Positions 9,768-18,748 of a DNA stretch of 64,000 nt are shown in pieces. Position numbers and translations under genes: made by a program. Under the pieces are notes generated by a model that saw only the letters and a list, made by a program, of their open reading frames with translations, had not been told where the DNA came from and did no database searches. The stretch is from a virus. Lineage: Duplodnaviria; Heunggongvirae; Uroviricota; Caudoviricetes. Numbering within the stretch: position 1 is the first letter of the stretch; every line of letters begins with the position of its first letter. The stretch lies in IMG/VR virus record IMGVR_UViG_3300033146_002139, positions 103,707 through 167,706 of that record. One strand, given 5' to 3'.

Positions 9768-9816
9768 AATTTTTACATCCTTTTTTTTGTTAGTTATTTA
9801 ATTGTGCTGACAAAGA

Positions 9817-9854
9817 CCAATATACAAAATTTTTTCTCATTTGTCAACATTTAT
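9817..9854 (-). promoter_or_regulatory. sigma70-like promoter (TTGACA-17-TATATT) driving ssb; 38-bp copy of the 27790-27827 element
   Basis: The reverse complement of 9817-9854 is ATAAATGTTGACAAATGAGAAAAAATTTTGTATATTGG, identical to 27790-27827. Confidence 0.55.
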
Positions 9855-9932
9855 TTTTCCTTTTTGTAAAATAATTGTAAACAAAAATTATTTTATTTGT
9901 ATTTAGCTACATTTATTTGTGTATACCTTTAT

Positions 9933-10256
9933 TTACTTGTTTTTAAGCCCTTTATTGAGTTTTAACAAACCCATAACATTATCTAGTCTACAAACAGGAC
10001 ATCTCTCTTGTTTAGTCTCTATTGAGTGATAAAATCCACTACTACAAGATTTACAATTATGTAGTTTTAAGGCTGACAAATTTTGATTACTTAATGTAAG
10101 CAAAGAAGCTTGTATCTTTATATCCTCTTCGCATTCTTTCATTCTTTCCTGTAGCACTTTTTCTCCGCAAGTTTTACAGATAAAATTACCAGGCATTGAT
10201 ACTACACTTTCATTTGATTTTCTGTAGCTTCCTCTACATATAATACAATTATTCAT
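9933..10256 (-). CDS. hypothetical Cys-rich protein
   Basis: 107 aa with CIICRG...CKTCG and CKSC...CPVC pairs. Confidence 0.5.
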   Translation of the reverse strand: MNNCIICRGSYRKSNESVVSMPGNFICKTCGEKVLQERMKECEEDIKIQASLLTLSNQNLSALKLHNCKSCSSGFYHSIETKQERCPVCRLDNVMGLLKLNKGLKNK

Positions 10257-10295
10257 GACACATCCTTTACGTAAGTTATTGTAATAGTAATTTTA

Positions 10296-11477
10296 TTAAA
10301 TCATTGAAATTTTAACCGGGTTAGCCACGAACCCTATATCGGATACAAAATTATCTCCGATTACTTTTCTTAAAATATTTGTTGCTCCGTTCCAGTCTGC
10401 ATTCACTAATTTATTGATACTTGACTGAAATAATCCTCGCTTAATTCTTTTACCTTTATACTTCTTGTGCTTACCTATCTTTTCAAGAGCTAAAGCATCA
10501 CATTTACTGGTATAGCTTTCTTCATTTCTTATCACTTTAATTCCAATTTCTTCTGATTTATACTCTAATTGCTGAATAAATCGCAAATAAGGGATGTTTA
10601 CAAAGTTTTGATTATTAACCTTACCAATGTTAGCATTTTGTTTCCAGCCTTGATTATAGCCAACTACAATATTTTTAATATCATTCTCCAAACAGTAGTT
10701 AATTATATATCTTGAGCTTTTATGCAGGTAATCATTAATCTTGTTGTTCCTTTTTAAAGTTAATCTGTTAATTCTATTAGATAATTGCTTATCGCCTACA
10801 AAACTCTGTAATTTAGCTTTCTTTTTATTGTAGTATTGATTTATGGATTTTAATGGTTTGCCATTACCAATTATAGGTTTTAAACCTGCATTGGTTGAAG
10901 TTGCAAATAAATTATTAACTCCTAAATCAAGACTGATGTATAAATCTTCGTTTAGATTTTCATAGGCTTTTACCTCCTTTTTGTAAACTATTTCAATAAT
11001 ATTATATCCAACTCTAGGAAGTATCCTAACTTGATTTACATTATTTACTTTAGTCTTTAATGGATTTATATTAGATTTTTTAGGAAACAATATAAATCCA
11101 TTTTTAAGTTTAACTTGCTGATTAGTAAAGATAATAATATTTTTACCGTTTTTATCTTTATACTTTGGTATTCTAGGTTTAGCTTTAAACTTCTTTGGAT
11201 TCTTAAAAAAAGCTTTTTCTGCTTTAATAAAAGACTTCCAGTTTTTAAATAAAACTTTAATTATTTGCTGAGATGTTTGAGCAAGTAAAGCTCTGTAATC
11301 GGACTGGTTCTCTTTAGCTAATTGAGTTGTTAAGGTATATTCTGACAATAAGTTACCATTACCTATAAACTCTTGACGAATTAAGTAATTACAGTAGTTG
11401 TATAAATTCTTGGATAAGAAATGTAAGCTATCCATATTTGAATTTTGTTTTACAATATGTCTCTCAACTCTTTGCAT
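10296..11477 (-). CDS. tnpB: TnpB-like protein (IS200/IS605 OrfB family), apparently lacking the RuvC-II Glu and the zinc finger
   Basis: N-terminal OrfB_IS605 region (QRVERHIV...LYNYCNYLIRQ), RuvC-I ISLDLGVNNLFAT and RuvC-III NADWNGATNIL are present. At the RuvC-II position it has NIVVGYNQGW where the paralogues have IIIETLDLK / LYFETLDIK / ISIEDLKIK. The C-terminus has a single Cys instead of CxxC..CxxC. Confidence 0.75.
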   Translation of the reverse strand: MQRVERHIVKQNSNMDSLHFLSKNLYNYCNYLIRQEFIGNGNLLSEYTLTTQLAKENQSDYRALLAQTSQQIIKVLFKNWKSFIKAEKAFFKNPKKFKAKPRIPKYKDKNGKNIIIFTNQQVKLKNGFILFPKKSNINPLKTKVNNVNQVRILPRVGYNIIEIVYKKEVKAYENLNEDLYISLDLGVNNLFATSTNAGLKPIIGNGKPLKSINQYYNKKKAKLQSFVGDKQLSNRINRLTLKRNNKINDYLHKSSRYIINYCLENDIKNIVVGYNQGWKQNANIGKVNNQNFVNIPYLRFIQQLEYKSEEIGIKVIRNEESYTSKCDALALEKIGKHKKYKGKRIKRGLFQSSINKLVNADWNGATNILRKVIGDNFVSDIGFVANPVKISMI

Positions 11478-11611
11478 TATTCAGAAAGTCCTTTTAATCT
11501 TAAGTAAGCAGATTTTGTTAATCCAAGTTTTTCAGCTTTTTTAGTTATTATAGTATCCTCTTCTTTTGACACTCTAATCCTAAGTATTTTTTCTCTCTTA
11601 TTTTTTTTCAT
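11477..11611 (-). CDS. ribbon-helix-helix (MobC/CopG-like) mini-protein coupled to tnpB
   Basis: My own reverse-complement translation gives MKKNKREKILRIRVSKEEDTIITKKAEKLGLTKSAYLRLKGLSE (44 aa). The stop overlaps the tnpB ATG (TAATG). Confidence 0.55.
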   Translation of the reverse strand: MKKNKREKILRIRVSKEEDTIITKKAEKLGLTKSAYLRLKGLSE

Positions 11612-11689
11612 CTATACCCCTTGTGTACCACAAAGATACCACAAATATTACAGTTGTCAAGCTTTTTATTAAAAATTATAATGTCGCAG

Positions 11690-12004
11690 TTATTCATAAT
11701 ACCTCCGTTTTAATATTTTGTCGTCGTAAACCCAAATTCCATCTTCTCTTATTATTCTATCTATCTTACTCTTAGTATGAGCCTCTATGTTAAAGACATC
11801 GTTAACTTTATTGTTTAAATATAGATAACCATTTCCGTCCTCAACAATGCCAACACTGTCTTTTGTACAATCTAGTGTTCTTCCGTTTTTCCATATTATT
11901 AACAATACTTGGTTTTTTACTTTTCTTAAGGGATATTTTAATGTCCTAGGGTCTTTAATTTGCTCTTCTATCTCTAACTTGCGTTCCTTTCCTTTTGTTC
12001 GCAA
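11690..12004 (-). CDS. hypothetical protein
   Basis: 104-aa ORF from the track; no family recognised. Confidence 0.45.
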   Translation of the reverse strand: MRTKGKERKLEIEEQIKDPRTLKYPLRKVKNQVLLIIWKNGRTLDCTKDSVGIVEDGNGYLYLNNKVNDVFNIEAHTKSKIDRIIREDGIWVYDDKILKRRYYE

Positions 12005-12070
12005 TCTTCACAAATCTCTCTGTCACCACATTCCTCGTAAAACTCTTCACAATGCCAGCATTTGTAGTAT

Positions 12071-12529
12071 TTATTCATATTTCCTCCCTTCTTTAACAGA
12101 ATTGATTAAAACTTCTATATACTCTCTATCTTCATCTGAAATGTATGATTTTTCGTATTCTCCATACGACCCTTTTTTGCAGACTATCATCCATATTTTA
12201 TCTATCGCTATTTCGTAGTCGTCTGTATTTATATCTTGCTTTTCTGTTTGAGCTGTTGAGATATACTTTTCATCTTTATGGTCGTTGTCAAAATCGTTTT
12301 CAGCATTATGCTTATTTGAATATTTTCTGTACCACTTAGCATAGTCGCTATCTTTTTCAGCGGTTTCGTACTGCCTAAGTGCCTGACCTTTATTACTCAT
12401 TATAAACTCTTTTGCAGCTGCTTCATCAGTATGTATTTGGAAAGTTAAACACGCAGGTATAGCAACAGCGGCTAAAATAGCTACGATAACAGCAATAACC
12501 ATTACTTCGATTAGTGTAAATCCTTTCAT
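12071..12529 (-). CDS. type IV pilin-like protein (prepilin-type N-terminal cleavage/methylation motif)
   Basis: MKGFTLIEVMVIAVIVAILAAVAIPA has a canonical class III signal (G|FTLIE) plus a hydrophobic helix; 152 aa. Confidence 0.55.
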   Translation of the reverse strand: MKGFTLIEVMVIAVIVAILAAVAIPACLTFQIHTDEAAAKEFIMSNKGQALRQYETAEKDSDYAKWYRKYSNKHNAENDFDNDHKDEKYISTAQTEKQDINTDDYEIAIDKIWMIVCKKGSYGEYEKSYISDEDREYIEVLINSVKEGRKYE

Positions 12530-12957
12530 TTCTTTTCTCCTTTCAACTTTCTATATAAAACTTGCTGATACGACAGTCCGTTGTTTTTTTTCTTAAACTC
12601 TTCTTTAAGTTTTTTTCTTATTTTCTTGTCATTATCTGCTTTCGCTTTGTTAATAGTCTTTCTTTCTAATTTTCTTTTTTTTCTTCCTTCTTTTGTTACT
12701 TTAGCATCTTCCATGTTGGTTATATATGCTTCTTTAAGGCTTTTAAGAGTTGCATTATTTCTGTGAGCACTAACTGGAAGTGCGGTATGATGGTCCCGAC
12801 AGAGATAGACTAAATTAGACGGACTGTCGCTTCCGCCAGAACCTTTAGTCATTAAGTGATGAATTTCAAGGTTGAAAGTACGGTCGCAACCCTTATAGCC
12901 GCACTTTCCATTTGTTTTTGCGAATATAATTTCTAACTCTTCTTGGGTTAGCTTCAT
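12526..12957 (-). CDS. HNH endonuclease
   Basis: CGYKGCDRTFNLEIHHLMTKGSGGSDSPSNLVYLCRDHHT (HNH with Zn Cys pairs) and a basic C-terminal tail; ATGA overlap. Confidence 0.7.
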   Translation of the reverse strand: MKLTQEELEIIFAKTNGKCGYKGCDRTFNLEIHHLMTKGSGGSDSPSNLVYLCRDHHTALPVSAHRNNATLKSLKEAYITNMEDAKVTKEGRKKRKLERKTINKAKADNDKKIRKKLKEEFKKKNNGLSYQQVLYRKLKGEKK

Positions 12958-12960
12958 TAA

Positions 12961-13473
12961 CTAATCCTCTATCTTAGTTTGTGCTTTATCTTCTGGTTCT
13001 GTGTTGGCCTCGTATGCATCGGTTTTGAAAAATTCAAAATCAATGTGTGCTTTCATGTACTTGAATAATTGTCCATAGCTACCATTGTCATAAGGAATAT
13101 CTATTGTAAAGTTATATACAGGAACATTATCGCTAATCTTTATTTCAAATCCTGATATCAAAACATTACTAAAATCATATTCCTCTATAGTCGGCATGCT
13201 TGGTAATTCATTCTCCAAATGCATTTTAAACTTAAACCCCATTCCAAACCTAGATTGGTCTCCAAAATTTACAGACTTAAATGGTATTGGCTGAATATTA
13301 AGTAATGTAGCGCTTATAACTGGGTCAAACTCTGCTATTGAATCGTAATCTATATTAGCACTCTCCAATTTAATTCTTACATATCCATCTTTTGTAGTTT
13401 CGTCTGGATTAGACTTTGTATCTACCTTTCCTGTTGCACTTGCAATCATTCCTATAAAACTTTTATCAAACAT
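12961..13473 (-). CDS. hypothetical protein
   Basis: 170-aa ORF directly downstream of dcm. Confidence 0.5.
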   Translation of the reverse strand: MFDKSFIGMIASATGKVDTKSNPDETTKDGYVRIKLESANIDYDSIAEFDPVISATLLNIQPIPFKSVNFGDQSRFGMGFKFKMHLENELPSMPTIEEYDFSNVLISGFEIKISDNVPVYNFTIDIPYDNGSYGQLFKYMKAHIDFEFFKTDAYEANTEPEDKAQTKIED

Positions 13474-14466
13474 TTATTTCTCCTTTATAATTAAATTTGG
13501 TATAATTTTTTCAAATAATTTAACCAATACATTTTTGCTCATTGCATTCCCTGCTTGTTTGTGTAGTTGTGTGTTACTTACCTTACTTGGGAACTTGAAT
13601 TTTTCATCAAACCCTTGTAAGTTAAAACATTCTCTAGGTGTGGTTCTCCTAAAAATAGAGTTTTCCCTGTCGTAAACATAGTGGCTATTATTGTTGGCTC
13701 TAATAGTCGGAACTGTTTTTAATCCAATTTTATTATCCTGCCAACCGCTAGTGGCTTTTGAGACATAAAAATCCTTTTCGCTTACAAGAATACTATCCAT
13801 ATCTCTAGCGAAATTTTTTGCTACCGAAGGCTTAATAGTAGTGCTTATCGCAATAGGCAAATTCTCATCGTTAGGAGTTAAATACTTTTTGTCTACATCC
13901 TTCTCAAGCATAGCTCCGATAGAATTTGACAATTCTTCTTTTTGTGGGAATGTAAAAGAAGCTTTATTTAGAAATCCTACAATATACAGCCTCTCTCTAT
14001 TTTGAGGAATGTTATAATCCTTAGTATTTAACACTGATGAAAAAACATTATAACCTAGACTAACAAAAACTTCTTTAAAATTTTTAAAGGTACTGCCTTT
14101 GTCTATACTGGTAAATCCTTTGACATTTTCAAAAATAAATACTTTTGGCAAGGTCTGTTTTACTATCCTGAAATATTCGTAGATTAGTGCTCCTCTACTG
14201 TCTGCTAGTCCTTTTCTTTTTCCTGCTGATGAAAAAGACTGGCAACTTGAGCCACCTATCAAAATGTCTATATCCTTGTAATCATTTCCGTTGATATCGT
14301 ATACATTTTCATAAAACCGTATTGGGGTTGTATTGTTTTCAAGATATGTCTCTCTTGCATACTTGTCTATTTCGCAAGCAAATACCGTTTGGTGGTCAAT
14401 TTTTAATTCGTCTAATGCTAGTTCTGGTGTTCCTACTCCTGAGAATAGTGATGCTATTTTTATCAT
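13474..14466 (-). CDS. DNA (cytosine-5)-methyltransferase
   Basis: Motif I IASLFSGVGTPELAL, motif IV GGSSCQSFSSAGKRKG (a Ser-Cys-Gln variant of PCQ), motif VI ENVKG and a QxRxR-like NRERLYIVGF. Confidence 0.8.
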   Translation of the reverse strand: MIKIASLFSGVGTPELALDELKIDHQTVFACEIDKYARETYLENNTTPIRFYENVYDINGNDYKDIDILIGGSSCQSFSSAGKRKGLADSRGALIYEYFRIVKQTLPKVFIFENVKGFTSIDKGSTFKNFKEVFVSLGYNVFSSVLNTKDYNIPQNRERLYIVGFLNKASFTFPQKEELSNSIGAMLEKDVDKKYLTPNDENLPIAISTTIKPSVAKNFARDMDSILVSEKDFYVSKATSGWQDNKIGLKTVPTIRANNNSHYVYDRENSIFRRTTPRECFNLQGFDEKFKFPSKVSNTQLHKQAGNAMSKNVLVKLFEKIIPNLIIKEK

Positions 14467-14479
14467 TTACTACCTCTTG

Positions 14480-14965
14480 TTAGCTAAATTCAACCCCAAT
14501 ATGTTTCGTTATTTTTATTGGACAATTATTTCTTATCATTTCATCAAACTCTTTTCCTGTAAACTTCCTCCCATATTCATCTTTAATGACCTTTTTATTC
14601 CATACTCTTTTTAAATATTTTGACAGCTCTGCCTGAGACCTTGCATAGTTAAACGAACTGCAAGATTGAACACCTGTTCTTTTTTTACTATTATCGTTAT
14701 TAGGCTCTTCAAATCCTAATTCGATAAGAGCTGCGTTTGTATCATTTGTTCTTTTTTCGCCACATACAGGACAAGACTTGTGCCATCCTTTGTTAATATC
14801 AGAGTCGGTAAATCCAAATCCGTTCTTGGCAAAATGTCTGCTAGATTGGTGTACTAAGTCTTCTCCGCCTTCTCTTAATGTCATATTGCAGGACCAACAG
14901 TAACTCCCAGCCGCACTTCTTTTTCCTATGTGTTTTCCGTTTCCTTTGTAAAAGTTCGTTCCCAT
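14480..14965 (-). CDS. hypothetical zinc-finger protein
   Basis: CWSCN...CPVCG; 161 aa. Confidence 0.5.
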   Translation of the reverse strand: MGTNFYKGNGKHIGKRSAAGSYCWSCNMTLREGGEDLVHQSSRHFAKNGFGFTDSDINKGWHKSCPVCGEKRTNDTNAALIELGFEEPNNDNSKKRTGVQSCSSFNYARSQAELSKYLKRVWNKKVIKDEYGRKFTGKEFDEMIRNNCPIKITKHIGVEFS

Positions 14966-14974
14966 TCTTTCCTC

Positions 14975-15535
14975 CTACATCTCACTTGTTATATTTTTTG
15001 AATACGTATAAGCATAGTCACTTATACCAAAGTACCTACGGAGAGCTATTTCGGTACTTCCGTATTTATCTATGTAGTAATCAATAACAAAGCATCCGGC
15101 ATCTATTCCGTTATAAAGAATGTGTAGGTCTGACTCTTTTTTACAGATACTGTTCTCTATTAGCTTATCTCTCCATACCGCCCACATTACCTGCATTGCT
15201 CCTTTTGCTCCGAACTTAGACTCAGCCTTGGCATTAAAACTTGATTCATGCTTTATTATGGACAATACAAGCTTAGGATTTAAGTTGTACTTCTTGCTAA
15301 GCTTATAAATTATATATGTCCAAGTAGTATGGTAGCTTTCTTTGTACCTGTAACCTAGAAAATCTTTTATATAAAGGGATGTTGAATTGATACTTTCAAT
15401 TTCGATAGAACTTACTGTCTCGTATTGCTTTTTTAAGTTATCTTCATTGTTAGTTCTGTAAGTATCATAATCGGCTTCAAAAGAATTGACGATTACAAGG
15501 TAAGTAAATACAATTGGTATATAAAATTTTAACAT
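14975..15535 (-). CDS. lytic transglycosylase (SLT domain) with N-terminal signal/anchor
   Basis: LVLSIIKHESSFNAKAESKFGAKGAMQVM matches the SLT catalytic E-S...GLMQ motif; N-terminus MLKFYIPIVFTYLVIVNSF. Confidence 0.7.
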   Translation of the reverse strand: MLKFYIPIVFTYLVIVNSFEADYDTYRTNNEDNLKKQYETVSSIEIESINSTSLYIKDFLGYRYKESYHTTWTYIIYKLSKKYNLNPKLVLSIIKHESSFNAKAESKFGAKGAMQVMWAVWRDKLIENSICKKESDLHILYNGIDAGCFVIDYYIDKYGSTEIALRRYFGISDYAYTYSKNITSEM

Positions 15536-15536
15536 A

Positions 15537-16325
15537 CTACTCCACTATTAAATTAGTACCTTTAAGAGCAAAACCCTTAAATTCATCTGTTTGTGCTTTC
15601 TCAATCCATTCATTATCAACATTATCTCCGTAATGGATAAGTAACATTTTACTCTTAATTTTACTAGCCAATTTTTTTAGTCCGTTGTAGTGTGCATGAA
15701 CACCACTTTCAAATGGAGATGTTTCACAATCTTGAATTATTAAGTCAACATCATCATAAAGACCCATAAGCTGATTTGGAGCATGTTGAGAATCGGTAGT
15801 CATCAATACCTTACTATTCCCTGTGTCTACTACTAAACCATAAGAGTCCATATAATTAAAACCGTTTACAATATGAATCATTTGAGCCGGTGTGAATTTT
15901 ACACCATCTATCGTAAAACTATTGTTATCTTTTATAGAATTAGGTTCAAAGTAGGTATGTAGTGTAGCCTCTTTTTCTCCATTTTTCATTTGGTGGCTAG
16001 CTAAACTTCCGAGCCCACCTGATAAAGAATTGCTCCATAATGTTTTCATTACATTGTGATTTGCAAAAAGTTTTATTTTTTCTTTTGTTGGGTCAAAGTA
16101 TGTCATAAAAGCCATATATTCTAACCCTCCAATATGGTCTGCATGAGCGTGGCTAATATAAATCCAATCTATGTCTGATGGTGAAAGTCTATAATCAGCT
16201 AGACTAATTTTAGTATCAAATCCACAATCTATAAGACCTTTAGTCTTATCTGTTTCAACAAGTATTAATGTGTTGTTGAATATTAAAGAGCTCATGTTCC
16301 CTGAGCCTAAAAATGTTAATTTCAT
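15537..16325 (-). CDS. MBL-fold metallo-hydrolase
   Basis: ISHAHADHIGG (HxHxDH motif) plus downstream D and H residues; 262 aa. Confidence 0.7.
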   Translation of the reverse strand: MKLTFLGSGNMSSLIFNNTLILVETDKTKGLIDCGFDTKISLADYRLSPSDIDWIYISHAHADHIGGLEYMAFMTYFDPTKEKIKLFANHNVMKTLWSNSLSGGLGSLASHQMKNGEKEATLHTYFEPNSIKDNNSFTIDGVKFTPAQMIHIVNGFNYMDSYGLVVDTGNSKVLMTTDSQHAPNQLMGLYDDVDLIIQDCETSPFESGVHAHYNGLKKLASKIKSKMLLIHYGDNVDNEWIEKAQTDEFKGFALKGTNLIVE

Positions 16326-16337
16326 TTTTTCTCCTTG

Positions 16338-16664
16338 TTATAGTTTTACAAATTCATGTCTTATTATTTTTACAGTAAAAGATTTAGTGTTTTTCTTTCG
16401 CTCGTCAATATAAATATCGAAACACCTCTCAACTTCCTCTTTATTAGAAAATCTCTCCGCAGTCGTGTCATAGTATGATATAGCACCGCTTCCACCTGAG
16501 CTTTTACGAAGACCTCCCCACTGCGGGGAAACTATATTAAGAAACGAAAATAGTCCGTCCCAAATGTTGTGTTTAATGAAACATTTGTAGTATACATTAA
16601 TATTTCCTTCGTAATCAATTTCCTCTGTGTGTGTTATTTTATACTCAATCGTTATATCACTCAT
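16338..16664 (-). CDS. hypothetical protein
   Basis: 108-aa ORF, ATGA-coupled to the next gene. Confidence 0.45.
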   Translation of the reverse strand: MSDITIEYKITHTEEIDYEGNINVYYKCFIKHNIWDGLFSFLNIVSPQWGGLRKSSGGSGAISYYDTTAERFSNKEEVERCFDIYIDERKKNTKSFTVKIIRHEFVKL

Positions 16665-17071
16665 AATTCTCCCTTATACTTTTCTAGCTTACCGCCTAAT
16701 TTATCATTGACTAATTTATATATATATTCCCAATCAACTTCATCTTCGTTCATTGGAAGCTTGATTAAGCTTTTGTCATCTATGTAAATATCAGCACCTA
16801 TTTTCCTTGAATCATTTCCAAAAGCAGTTATCCAAGACGGATTATTTTCATTGAATTTATCATATTTAATATCATCTGCTTTTAATGCGAATTTCGCCGT
16901 TTCTACATCAATTCCTAGTGTTCTGCAAGAATTAATTACTATATAGTAACCGTCTCTATGTAGAAGATTTATATATTCTCTTGCTGTTTTAAAAACCACT
17001 CCCACTTCGGGAAATTCACTGTTGTAAATTGTTTTGTCGAAATCTATTGCAACTACCGGTTGTAAGTTCAT
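16661..17071 (-). CDS. hypothetical protein (possible HAD-like phosphatase: VAIDFDKTI)
   Basis: A DxDxT-like motif IDFDKTI near the N-terminus; 136 aa. Confidence 0.45.
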   Translation of the reverse strand: MNLQPVVAIDFDKTIYNSEFPEVGVVFKTAREYINLLHRDGYYIVINSCRTLGIDVETAKFALKADDIKYDKFNENNPSWITAFGNDSRKIGADIYIDDKSLIKLPMNEDEVDWEYIYKLVNDKLGGKLEKYKGEL

Positions 17072-17829
17072 TTTAACTCCTCTTTATATTTGAATAATTT
17101 TTCTACTGATGTTTTGCTTTTTCCTGCAATTCCATTAGCCGATAAAGAGCTTTTAGCTTCTTTTTCCCATATACACTCAAAATCATCAGGAGCTTCATAT
17201 TCGCTAATAAAAACATCAAACCCTAATAAGCTTTTTTCTCTAGCCCAATCCCAAAATTCGCTGTGGTTAAATCCTTTGCTTGTAGAGTATTGTGTTGTTC
17301 CTTTATATGGAATATCGCAGTAAACAATACTGTCCTTGGGTAAGAAAACATCTTTATAATCTTTGCAGGTAAAAGTAATATCTTCCATATTTGGGATTTG
17401 TTTTTTTATGTTTCTAACACTTTCTGCAATATAATCTCTAGTAGTCCCTATTTTAGTAACAGATTTTCCGCTGTATCCTCCCTCAAAAAATCTACCATTA
17501 GCACTTCCAATAAATCCAATCCATCCGACTATATCATCTGTCATATTCATAGTATGCTCGTATCTTTTTTCTTTACCATTGAAAACATCTCTTGCTAAAC
17601 TATACAAATCTTTTGGTATCTCTTCTGGATATACAACTCCTGACAATATTCCTTTCCACATAGCTATTAAATATTTGTTGTTGTCATTCGCAAACCTTAC
17701 TCCGTCAACCTTATCTATAACATTCATTCCTCCGGCAAAAGGTTCTATATAACTTCTGTCGTTTTTGTTCTCAAGTATAATTGGTAATATTTCTTTTGCA
17801 AATCTAGCTTTACTTCCTACATATTTCAA
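17068..17829 (-). CDS. DNA adenine methyltransferase (Dam/D12 class N6-MTase)
   Basis: KYVGSKARFAKEILPII, EPFAGGMNV (SAM motif) and IVYCDIPYKGTTQY (DPPY-type catalytic motif). Confidence 0.8.
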   Translation of the reverse strand: MKYVGSKARFAKEILPIILENKNDRSYIEPFAGGMNVIDKVDGVRFANDNNKYLIAMWKGILSGVVYPEEIPKDLYSLARDVFNGKEKRYEHTMNMTDDIVGWIGFIGSANGRFFEGGYSGKSVTKIGTTRDYIAESVRNIKKQIPNMEDITFTCKDYKDVFLPKDSIVYCDIPYKGTTQYSTSKGFNHSEFWDWAREKSLLGFDVFISEYEAPDDFECIWEKEAKSSLSANGIAGKSKTSVEKLFKYKEELK

Positions 17830-17830
17830 A

Positions 17831-18616
17831 TTATTTCTCCAATATTTTTTTAATTTCCTTTGTCAAATCGACACAATTATGAACTTGATATTTAGTTTTG
17901 GTGCTACTAAAATAAGATAATTTCATTCCGCCATTAATTTTAAGTTTTGTATTCTTCTCGATAATATACTTATAAAGGCTAAGTTGTAGTGAATAATGGT
18001 AAAAGTTAGCATCAGGAAACTTTTTAAATGGAGCAAGCATTGTTGACCATTTATTTTCAAACTTAAGCTCTTTGTTGGTCTTGTGGTCAAATATATACAG
18101 TTTTCCATCATTCCCAAGGCTTAAATTGTCTAACATACCTGCTATATCCGACTTTTTATCTGCAACCATAAGTTCATTGACTATGCTTGTATATCCCTTT
18201 TTATAATCAGTATAAAAAGAATCTCCCATTTGCTTCAAGTGTTCGTTGTCATACTCCATAACCTTACCATCTAGTAAGAATTCCATATAAAGATGATGCA
18301 GTGTTCCTTTGGCATTTGCTATGTCTGATATCTCTTTCCATCTGTCAAGCATCTCTTGTTGAGTGATGCCCTCTTCTTCTGCTTTTTTCTTTGACCAAAA
18401 ATTGGCATCGAATGGCTTCACAAATTTATGCACCCACCCTGTACCACTTATAGAGAATTCTTTTTTAACTGGAAATACATTTGGGTTTTTACCTTCCCCA
18501 TAATCTAAATAAGAATACCTATGTGTTGGTTCGTCAAAATCTATGTACTTAAAAACTTCAAGCTCTTTTTTTATTTCTACTATTTTTTTTATTATTTCAC
18601 TTCTTGTCAATTTCAA
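17831..18616 (-). CDS. PD-(D/E)XK-family nuclease-like protein
   Basis: DIAGMLDNL...LYIFDHKTNKELK...YSLQLSLYKY resembles the RecB/Cas4-type D...D/ExK and QxxxY motifs; no Cys cluster. Confidence 0.5.
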   Translation of the reverse strand: MKLTRSEIIKKIVEIKKELEVFKYIDFDEPTHRYSYLDYGEGKNPNVFPVKKEFSISGTGWVHKFVKPFDANFWSKKKAEEEGITQQEMLDRWKEISDIANAKGTLHHLYMEFLLDGKVMEYDNEHLKQMGDSFYTDYKKGYTSIVNELMVADKKSDIAGMLDNLSLGNDGKLYIFDHKTNKELKFENKWSTMLAPFKKFPDANFYHYSLQLSLYKYIIEKNTKLKINGGMKLSYFSSTKTKYQVHNCVDLTKEIKKILEK

Positions 18617-18748
18617 AATATTCCTCGAATGTTTTAGTTGTTTTTATAAGCTTGTTTTTAATATAATAATCAAACTTATTTCTAAGTGATGGTAAAAACC
18701 AGTCAGACGACTGTGTTCTCGGTGTATTTTTAATATAATCTCTAACCT

